From: a virus
DNA length: 64,000 nucleotides
Strand: one strand, 5' to 3'
Virus record (IMG/VR): IMGVR_UViG_3300044632_001218
Positions within the stretch are counted from its first letter, which is position 1; each line of letters begins with the position of its first letter. Both the position numbers and the translations under genes were made by a program. A model generated the notes under the pieces. It was not told the origin of the DNA. It did no database searches and saw nothing but the letters and a program-made list of their open reading frames with translations. This document shows positions 33,709-40,644 of this stretch, one piece after another.

Positions 33709-33777
33709 GTGCCACTTGTAGAACTGGCACAAACATTTACCGAAAACCCTGAATCCGTGCTATCATACATGTATGAT
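33709..33777 (+). promoter_or_regulatory. Early promoter cassette P19 (leaderless type)
   Basis: GTGCCACTTGTAGAACTGGCAC, 30 nt, TATCAT-6-ATG. Confidence 0.9.
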
Positions 33778-34066
33778 GAATGAAACCAAAGCAATGACCC
33801 AGCAAACTTATAATGGTTGGGCAAATTATGAAACCTGGAATGTATCTCTGTGGATGCAGAATAATGCCTTCCTGTATAACACTGCTGTTGCATGTGTAGA
33901 GTATCACAATGTTAATGAAGAATCACCTTACATCAAGTTCATTAGGTGCATGGACAATTGTGATAAGATTGCCACTGCTGATGATGTTAGGTGGGATTCT
34001 TTGGCAGTAGATCATGATGAGATCAATGCAATGATGTTTGAGATTCATGAAGGAGGAGAAGTTTGA
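33773..34066 (+). CDS. Conserved phage hypothetical protein
   Basis: YNGWANYETWNVSLW motif. Confidence 0.75.
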   Translation: MMNETKAMTQQTYNGWANYETWNVSLWMQNNAFLYNTAVACVEYHNVNEESPYIKFIRCMDNCDKIATADDVRWDSLAVDHDEINAMMFEIHEGGEV

Positions 34067-34191
34067 TGACCATTAAATACACGTTCGACATTCAAACCAA
34101 ACAACCTGTGTATGCTGTCTTCAGGCAAGATGTTTGTATTCTCCTGACCACATCTATCACCACTGCTATCAATAAGATCCAACAAAAATGA
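34066..34191 (+). CDS. Hypothetical protein (41 aa)
   Basis: Manual ORF with coupled ends. Confidence 0.55.
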   Translation: MTIKYTFDIQTKQPVYAVFRQDVCILLTTSITTAINKIQQK

Positions 34192-34385
34192 AGTACAAAG
34201 TTACACAAATTGAGTTTGATTTTGATGATGATGAAGAGTTCACGCAGCATCATTATGATAACATCACTGCTGATACATTGAGTACAGTATGGGATGCAGA
34301 TGATGAAGATGATCTAGTTGAAGAGATTACATGTGCAACTGGTTGGTGTATTAAATCCATTGATTATGTTCATGTCCTGAATTAG
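34188..34385 (+). CDS. Acidic hypothetical protein
   Basis: ORF track. Confidence 0.7.
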   Translation: MKYKVTQIEFDFDDDEEFTQHHYDNITADTLSTVWDADDEDDLVEEITCATGWCIKSIDYVHVLN

Positions 34386-34389
34386 AATT

Positions 34390-34542
34390 ATGTTGGAAAC
34401 AAAGACCTGGGTTGTTAAGTTGGAGATCATGATTGATGCTAACAGTCATCCTAGAAAGTTCATTCCTGAAACTATTAGTGAAGCACTGAACTTTGAGATG
34501 GGTGAAGATCTGACACACTATGAGTTTATCTGTTTAGATTAG
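34390..34542 (+). CDS. Hypothetical protein (50 aa)
   Basis: Manual ORF. Confidence 0.55.
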   Translation: MLETKTWVVKLEIMIDANSHPRKFIPETISEALNFEMGEDLTHYEFICLD

Positions 34543-34543
34543 A

Positions 34544-34774
34544 ATGAAGGAGAACAAAGTGTTTCAACTTGAGTTATGCCAAGAGGATGCTAATCGTATT
34601 CTCAAAGGTGTATGGGAGTTGCGGATACATGAGTATAACAAAGCAAGGCAAGAAGATCCCAATGGTGAACAGGAAAGTGCCTGGATTGAGTATGATTATG
34701 TGACAGCACTGTGGGGAGAGTTAGATGAGAAGTTTTCCACAGTTTATGATAGTTTTCCACAGAAAGTGTGTTGA
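34544..34774 (+). CDS. Hypothetical protein
   Basis: ORF track; 3' end carries two TTTTCCACA boxes. Confidence 0.6.
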   Translation: MKENKVFQLELCQEDANRILKGVWELRIHEYNKARQEDPNGEQESAWIEYDYVTALWGELDEKFSTVYDSFPQKVC

Positions 34775-35115
34775 TTTGTGGATAAATTAAATGTGTTAAT
34801 AAATGTAATAGTGTGATGTGTATTGTTTGTGTTAATTAGTGTATGTACCTGTAAATGTGTCTAGTTGTTGTGATCTTGGCCTCCAGTGTATCACAAACTC
34901 TCTGAAAAGTCAAGCACCCCCAGTCACTCCTAGGACTGGCACATGACCCCTTGACAGTATAGTTTTCCACAGGTCTTAAGTGTGAATCAGTGAGAACACA
35001 GTGCACCACTGGAGTTATAACAAATGACAGTCAATTTGCCTGTGGAAAACTATAGTCAAACCTGTGGAAAACCCTGTGGAAAACTATACAAATTGTGGAA
35101 AAATAGTTTTCCACA
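34733..35115. repeat. Cluster of 9 DnaA-box-type 9-mers (8 x TTTTCCACA, 1 x TTATCCACA, both strands)
   Basis: Boxes at 34733, 34753, 34777, 34963, 35041, 35063, 35075, 35094, 35107. Confidence 0.85.
34885..34942 (-). promoter_or_regulatory. Inverted early promoter cassette P20 (antisense to the early array)
   Basis: Minus strand: GTGCCAGTCCTAGGAGTGACTG, 7 nt, TTGACT-17-TACACT; same 30-nt spacing. Confidence 0.75.
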
Positions 35116-35162
35116 GGTTATAATATAGTGTGAGAATGTGTGAGAATGGCAGTGTATGTAAC

Positions 35163-35191
35163 TTGACAGTATTTGTGATGTGTGTTATAGT
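35163..35191 (+). promoter_or_regulatory. Sigma70-type promoter in the non-coding region
   Basis: TTGACA-17-TATAGT with extended TG. Confidence 0.7.
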
Positions 35192-35434
35192 GAATTGGCA
35201 GTTATTTGTGCCCTTGAGGGTTGGTGGGGGGGTGTAATGCGAAAAACCACAACTACCCTAACCTACAGAGGTGACAAACAGCGAGAGCGATATCAAGATG
35301 AATAAAAAAAATTTTCCCCAGGTAAAAAATTTCCTAGACTTTTTTGAGGAATTAGAGTATATTGTGCTTTGCCTGTGTGCCACTCTAAGTATTATTGGAA
35401 CCCATTATATAAAAAAATTTTCCCAGTATAAAAA

Positions 35435-35596
35435 ATGACATATAGGTTGATTGCAAGAGACAGGGTGTTTTGTGAGGGCACCTTATCAGAATGCCAGAAA
35501 ACACTCACAGGTATATCCCAGATGATTAGTGCAGGTGTTTCTACTGATTTTCAGGTAGAAGAGTTTCTTATAGTAATTGACAATGAAAAAGAATAA
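35435..35596 (+). CDS. Hypothetical protein (53 aa)
   Basis: Manual ORF. Confidence 0.55.
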   Translation: MTYRLIARDRVFCEGTLSECQKTLTGISQMISAGVSTDFQVEEFLIVIDNEKE

Positions 35597-35801
35597 GAAG
35601 ACCCTGTGGAGGATTGTGGCAAAGTCCTTGGGGGAAAAGAGTGGAAGTACAGACAAAGAAGCAGACCAAGTTGCTATAGTTCGTTTGGTTATGTTTCTGT
35701 GTATTTTCATAACTAATGCATTTATTGTATACAATGCTCTTAGGACGCACCATTTCCCAAACTATGAAATACAATGTAAGAGGTATCACAATGGAAATTA
35801 A
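35583..35801 (+). CDS. Small membrane protein
   Basis: WRIVAKSLGEK...VAIVRLVMFLCIFITNAFIV. Confidence 0.7.
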   Translation: MKKNKKTLWRIVAKSLGEKSGSTDKEADQVAIVRLVMFLCIFITNAFIVYNALRTHHFPNYEIQCKRYHNGN

Positions 35802-35937
35802 TGAATTATTGGCAAAGGATCAATTGGAGAATGTTACAAAACTTTTAGGTGGCAAACTGACATACTTAGTTTGCAGCGATAAGTATACAGAACACAGGAA
35901 AATTGTAATTGAATATGATGCTAAAAAGAAGCGATAA
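35791..35937 (+). CDS. Hypothetical protein
   Basis: In-frame ATG within the track ORF. Confidence 0.6.
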   Translation: MEINELLAKDQLENVTKLLGGKLTYLVCSDKYTEHRKIVIEYDAKKKR

Positions 35938-36115
35938 GATCATTGAGGCCCGTTTATACTCTCCCCATAAGTGTGAGTATATTTGTGAACGCGAGGATGG
36001 AACCCATTATGCTTATAGAAAATTAGGTGAAGATGAATATTATGAATTACATCCAAATCCTACAGGAGAAACAAGATGGGTGTGGGGACAGAAAATAGAA
36101 TTATTGGAGAATTAA
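35915..36115 (+). CDS. Hypothetical protein
   Basis: ORF track. Confidence 0.6.
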   Translation: MMLKRSDKIIEARLYSPHKCEYICEREDGTHYAYRKLGEDEYYELHPNPTGETRWVWGQKIELLEN

Positions 36116-36117
36116 AA

Positions 36118-36261
36118 ATGAAGTGTAAAGTACAATTGTATGTGGCAGGTAAGATCTTCTATGAGGAAGTCTATGCAAGAGATTATAAAGATGCAAAGGA
36201 AACTGCCCAGGCACGAAATCCAAAGGCAAAGATTATCAGTGTAACTGCAGTATTTGACTAA
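36118..36261 (+). CDS. Hypothetical protein
   Basis: MKCKVQLYVAGKIFYEEVYARDY..A...NPKA. Confidence 0.65.
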   Translation: MKCKVQLYVAGKIFYEEVYARDYKDAKETAQARNPKAKIISVTAVFD

Positions 36262-36319
36262 TAATAAATAATGCAGTATCATTGAGTTGATACGTATCAT
36301 CATAACATTTGATAATTTT

Positions 36320-37075
36320 ATGGCAAAAGGATTTACTGTAAAAGCAAAAGCACCTTCAGAAGAACAACAACCCCTGTTTAATAGAGAAGAGTGTTTAGAA
36401 AAGATTAGGGGTAAGACTATTGTATTCTGTCTTCCAGGTCGGGGCGTATCATATATTTTCCTGAAGAACTTCGTGCAACTGTGCTTTGATTTAGTACAGG
36501 CAGGAGCATCTATTCAGATTTCACAAGATTATTCATCAATGGTAAACTTTGCACGTTGTAAAGTTCTTGGTGCTAATGTTCTTGCAGGTCCTGATCAATT
36601 ACCTTGGCAGGGTAAACTTCAATACGACTACCAGTTGTGGATTGATTCTGATATTGTTTTCAACACTGATGCATTCTGGGCATTGGTTCAGATGGACAAG
36701 GATATTGCTGCAGGTTGGTATGCCACAGAGGATGGCAGAACTACCTCAGTTGCACATTGGTTAGAAGAAGAAGACTTTGCCAAGAATGGTGGCGTCATGA
36801 ACCATGAGATGGTAGACACCATTTCCAACAGAAAGAAACCATTCACTGTGGATTACACAGGCTTTGGTTGGGTTCTGGTTAAGCATGGTGTATTTGAGCA
36901 CCCAGACATGAAGTACCCTTGGTTTGCCCCTCAGATGCAGGTCTTTGAGTCTGGCGATGTTCAGGATATGTGTGGTGAGGATGTTTCCTTCTGCTTAGAG
37001 GCAAAGAAGGCAGGTTTTGAAATCTGGTGCAATCCACAGATTCGTGTAGGTCATGAAAAAACAAGAATCATTTAG
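36320..37075 (+). CDS. GT-A-fold glycosyltransferase-like protein
   Basis: LWIDSD (DxD), GFGWVLVK..VFE, GEDVSFC...VGHEK; late promoter ATAAATA at 36264. Confidence 0.7.
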   Translation: MAKGFTVKAKAPSEEQQPLFNREECLEKIRGKTIVFCLPGRGVSYIFLKNFVQLCFDLVQAGASIQISQDYSSMVNFARCKVLGANVLAGPDQLPWQGKLQYDYQLWIDSDIVFNTDAFWALVQMDKDIAAGWYATEDGRTTSVAHWLEEEDFAKNGGVMNHEMVDTISNRKKPFTVDYTGFGWVLVKHGVFEHPDMKYPWFAPQMQVFESGDVQDMCGEDVSFCLEAKKAGFEIWCNPQIRVGHEKTRII

Positions 37076-37229
37076 AATTCTTTGTGATGGGAGGGTGCTG
37101 TACCAGTATCTCTCTCAAGAAGAGTTGTGGGAAATTATGGAAGACCTGTCTCAACAGTTTTATGAGACAGGGGTTCCCAATCCAGAGGATCTTGTGGTAG
37201 AATGTGTAGGTGATCTAGAGGAAAATTAA
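37053..37229 (+). CDS. Hypothetical protein (58 aa)
   Basis: Manual ORF overlapping the GT stop. Confidence 0.6.
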   Translation: MKKQESFRILCDGRVLYQYLSQEELWEIMEDLSQQFYETGVPNPEDLVVECVGDLEEN

Positions 37230-37231
37230 TT

Positions 37232-37375
37232 ATGGCAAAGCGTCCTTCACTGACTAATAAAGTTGTTATTGAGTCAAAACCTAAGAAGACTCGTCAGGGT
37301 TGTTCTCAAAATACCAAACTCTCTGCCACATCAAGGAATGGTAGGAAGAAGCGTTATAGGGGTCAAGGTAATTGA
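37232..37375 (+). CDS. Highly basic peptide (47 aa)
   Basis: GAGG RBS; KPKKTRQG...RNGRKKRYRGQG. Confidence 0.7.
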   Translation: MAKRPSLTNKVVIESKPKKTRQGCSQNTKLSATSRNGRKKRYRGQGN

Positions 37376-37385
37376 TATAGATAGA

Positions 37386-37409
37386 GCAGGAGGAAACTCC
37401 TGCTTTTTT
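37386..37409 (+). terminator. Rho-independent terminator
   Basis: GCAGGAG-GAAA-CTCCTGC-TTTTTT. Confidence 0.85.
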
Positions 37410-37420
37410 ATTAGGTGTTT

Positions 37421-38053
37421 ATGTCATATCTGAATCACAATCTTCCTACATTTACATGTTATATAAGAAATGAGTTTCTCTACAATCATAAGGAAGGGCA
37501 TGGTGAGGTAACATTATGTGATGTTCACTCAGTGGCATCTTTGGAGAAGCATGTGCCCCTCTTTGAAGCATTTTTAGAGAATGGCGTTAACTGGACTAGA
37601 AGACCAATTCATGCATTTTGCTGGAAACCTGATGCTCCAGTGCCAAAATTAGAGGAGTGTATGTGGTGGGATTGCTTTTCGCCTTATATTGATGTTCAAG
37701 TAAGGTCTAGACTTGCTGGATTGCGTGCAGAATTGATTAATTACAAGGGCGAAAAGAATGAAGGGGTCTATTTGTTCACCCTAGATTGGTCTTGGGAATC
37801 AAAATCAACCTTGAATACCAATTTCAGTGAGACTCCAGAGCATAAATGTGCACATTTTTTCAAAATGGACAATGGAAATTACTATGCATACCCAAATAAT
37901 AAGATTTTGTGGTATGATGATGCCTGGATTCGCAACAGAATTACAAAAAATCCTGGTTATGAAATAGATTTGACTGAATATTCAGTTGAAAATAAAAGAA
38001 AAATTGAAACTTCTGATGATTTTATGTACGAAATAGGGATGGCAACCCCTTAA
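37421..38053 (+). CDS. Conserved phage hypothetical protein
   Basis: MSYLNHNLP...RRPIHAFCW...PEHKCAH...YAYPNN. Confidence 0.8.
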   Translation: MSYLNHNLPTFTCYIRNEFLYNHKEGHGEVTLCDVHSVASLEKHVPLFEAFLENGVNWTRRPIHAFCWKPDAPVPKLEECMWWDCFSPYIDVQVRSRLAGLRAELINYKGEKNEGVYLFTLDWSWESKSTLNTNFSETPEHKCAHFFKMDNGNYYAYPNNKILWYDDAWIRNRITKNPGYEIDLTEYSVENKRKIETSDDFMYEIGMATP

Positions 38054-38084
38054 AAAGTTCTAATTCACTCGAATTAGGAGCACA

Positions 38085-38330
38085 ATGGCAAACTTACCTG
38101 TAGATAGAGACAAAAATTACATGTATCAAATGTGGGGGACTACAAATTTAGTCACTGATTATGATACAAAATTTGATAAAAGAACAATTCAAGAAATTAT
38201 GCATGATGATGTTCCAAGAAATAAGCATTTATTAAAGGAACAAGCAGAAATTCATGAAACAATTCGTAATGATGAAGACTATGATGATTGGGAATATGGA
38301 ACTGAACCAACCTATGGGAAACCTCAATAA
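38085..38330 (+). CDS. Hypothetical protein
   Basis: AGGAG RBS; ORF track. Confidence 0.75.
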   Translation: MANLPVDRDKNYMYQMWGTTNLVTDYDTKFDKRTIQEIMHDDVPRNKHLLKEQAEIHETIRNDEDYDDWEYGTEPTYGKPQ

Positions 38331-38333
38331 ATA
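38327..38333 (+). promoter_or_regulatory. T4-like late promoter of the baseplate operon
   Basis: ATAAATA upstream of gp25. Confidence 0.65.
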
Positions 38334-38358
38334 AAAGTATCTTATTACGTAGTTGCAG

Positions 38359-38763
38359 GTGCCTTTAGAGAATATTTCAAGAGGATTTAAAGATATCAGC
38401 TTGTCTTTCTTAAGGCACCCTGTAACAAATGACATCGGAACATTAACAAATGAAGATGCAATTAAGCGTTCTGTTGTTAATTTAGTTAGAACAAGAATAG
38501 GTGAAAGGTTTTTTAACTCACTGTTAGGGTCTAATGTAGAAAATTACTTCTTTGAACTTGCAGATAGTGGACTTGTAGACCCAATTCAAGAAGAAATTAG
38601 AACACTTCTTTCTAACTTTGAACCAAGAGTTACAGTCAGACGTGTAGATGTTGGAATTTTTCCAGAAGATAATGAGTTAGATATTACAATTGTTTATGAT
38701 ATTGTTGGACTTCCTCTTCCAACGCAGGCAATTAACTTCATATTACAACCAACTAGGTACTAA
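38359..38763 (+). CDS. gp25: Baseplate wedge subunit gp25
   Basis: FKDISLSF..HPVTND...AIKRSVVNL...NFEPRV; GTG start. Confidence 0.9.
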   Translation: MPLENISRGFKDISLSFLRHPVTNDIGTLTNEDAIKRSVVNLVRTRIGERFFNSLLGSNVENYFFELADSGLVDPIQEEIRTLLSNFEPRVTVRRVDVGIFPEDNELDITIVYDIVGLPLPTQAINFILQPTRY

Positions 38764-40643
38764 TGGCTTTTACAGATTTCACTAATCTGGATTTCGATCA
38801 GATTAGAACCTCCATTAAAGATTACTTAAGGTCAAATTCAACCTTTACTGACTTTGATTTTGAAGGTTCTAACTTTTCTATTCTGATTGATGTACTTGCC
38901 TATAACACTTATCTGACTGCCTACAACACCAATATGGTGGCAAATGAGGCATTCCTTGACAGTGCAACCCTTAGAGAGAATGTAGTCTCTCTTGCAAGGA
39001 ACATAGGGTTTGTTCCATTGTCACGAAGAGCAGCAAAAGCAAACATTTCCTTTATAGTAAACAATATTAACACTTCGGTCAAAACAGTTACCCTCAAAGC
39101 AGGTATAGTTTGTACAGGGTCATTGGACAATACGAGTTATATTTTTTCAATTCCAGAAGATATTACTGTTGGGGTAGAAAATAGTGAAGCAATTTTCTCA
39201 GAAATTGACATTTATGAAGGAACATATCTCACAAAAACTTTCACAGTAAATACTTCACAACCAAATCAGAAGTATATTTTACCAAATCCTTACATTGACA
39301 CTTCAACAATTAGGATAAATGTCAAAAATACTGCTCAAGATACCACTACAGAGCAGTATAATTATATTGACAATATTGTTGGAATTAATTCAGAGTCACA
39401 AATCTTTTTAATTCAAGAAATTTCTGATGAAAAATATGAAATTTTCTTTGGTGATGGCATTTTTGGCAAAAAATTAAACAATAATAATCAAATTAATGCC
39501 TCTTACATCACTACAAATGGTTCTGCAGGCAATGGAGCATCTAATTTTAGTTTCTCTGGCACCATAAGAGACAATAATGATGCTATTTTAAATGCAACAA
39601 TAGGTCCTGTAATCACAAATACTGTCTCTCAGAATGGCGATAACATTCAATCCCTAGAATCAGTAAGGTATTATTCCCCAAGATTGTATGCATCACAGTA
39701 CAGAGCAGTCACTGCTGGGGATTATGAGGCACTGATACCATCAATCTACCCAAACATTGAATCAGTTACTGCATATGGTGGCGAAGAATTGACTCCACCA
39801 GAATATGGTAAAGTATTCATTGCAGCAAAACCAAAGAATTCAGATTACTTATCTGAATCTACTAAAGAATCTATTTTGAATTCTTTGAGACAATATTCTG
39901 TGGCAGGCATCAAACCAGAATTTGTCAATATTAATGTTCTTTATGTGGAATTGGATTCCACAGTTTATTATAATTCAAACTTTGTTGGTTCAGTTAGTGA
40001 TTTGAGAACACAAGTAACAAATTCACTGAATGCTTACTCTAACTCTACAGACTTGAATAAGTTTGGTGGAAGATTTAAATATAGCAAAGCATTACGTATA
40101 ATTGATGCTACTAATACTTCAATTACATCTAACATCACAAAAGTTAGAATTAGGAGAAATGTTGGAACTTTAATCAATGATCCAACAAACTATTTGGTGT
40201 GTTTTGAAAATAGATTTTATGTTGATAAGGAAGGATACAATATTCGTTCTACTGGATTTAATATTCAAAATAATCCAAATGTTCTTTACATTTCAGACAA
40301 ACCAAATGATGATATGCAGACTGGAAAATTATTCCTTTTTTACCTGACTGGAACTGTAGTAAATGAGGTTTCAGAAATTGGAACAGTCAATTATGTCACT
40401 GGAATTTTAAATATAGATAATATAAATGTATCTTCAACATTGAGACCAAATAACATTATAGAAATTGAAGCAACCCCATACTCAAATGATATCATTGCCA
40501 AAAAGTCCATTTATTTAAAGTTGGATGTTGGTAGAAGTGATATTACTATGTTAAAAGATACTATCTCTTCAGGAGAAAATGCCTCTGGTAGTATGTTCAC
40601 ACCTGAATCAAGTTACTTATCTGGAATTAAAATAAGAAATTAA
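38763..40643 (+). CDS. gp6: Baseplate wedge subunit gp6
   Basis: LDFDQIRTSIKDYLRS...DFDFEGSN...RAVTAGDYE...GKVFIA. Confidence 0.92.
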   Translation: MAFTDFTNLDFDQIRTSIKDYLRSNSTFTDFDFEGSNFSILIDVLAYNTYLTAYNTNMVANEAFLDSATLRENVVSLARNIGFVPLSRRAAKANISFIVNNINTSVKTVTLKAGIVCTGSLDNTSYIFSIPEDITVGVENSEAIFSEIDIYEGTYLTKTFTVNTSQPNQKYILPNPYIDTSTIRINVKNTAQDTTTEQYNYIDNIVGINSESQIFLIQEISDEKYEIFFGDGIFGKKLNNNNQINASYITTNGSAGNGASNFSFSGTIRDNNDAILNATIGPVITNTVSQNGDNIQSLESVRYYSPRLYASQYRAVTAGDYEALIPSIYPNIESVTAYGGEELTPPEYGKVFIAAKPKNSDYLSESTKESILNSLRQYSVAGIKPEFVNINVLYVELDSTVYYNSNFVGSVSDLRTQVTNSLNAYSNSTDLNKFGGRFKYSKALRIIDATNTSITSNITKVRIRRNVGTLINDPTNYLVCFENRFYVDKEGYNIRSTGFNIQNNPNVLYISDKPNDDMQTGKLFLFYLTGTVVNEVSEIGTVNYVTGILNIDNINVSSTLRPNNIIEIEATPYSNDIIAKKSIYLKLDVGRSDITMLKDTISSGENASGSMFTPESSYLSGIKIRN

Positions 40644-40644
40644 G

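Noticed and set aside
32605-33893. Long minus-strand ORFs (333 aa and 146 aa)
   Set aside because: Antisense shadows of well-formed + strand genes and repeated promoters; no recognisable motif
26212-34774. True integron with attC cassettes
   Set aside because: No tyrosine recombinase in the window, no GTTRRRY/RYYYAAC ends, and each unit has its own promoter
7585-34942. Dispersed palindromic repeats as a CRISPR array
   Set aside because: Intervals range from ~220 nt to several kb and contain ORFs; each repeat is tied to a -10 element; no cas operon (the Cas4-like nuclease is a common stand-alone phage exonuclease)
34951-34979. Plus-strand promoter downstream of the P20 palindrome
   Set aside because: TTGACA is present but the -10 position reads TCTTAA and the spacing is off by one; the minus-strand reading fits the cassette exactly
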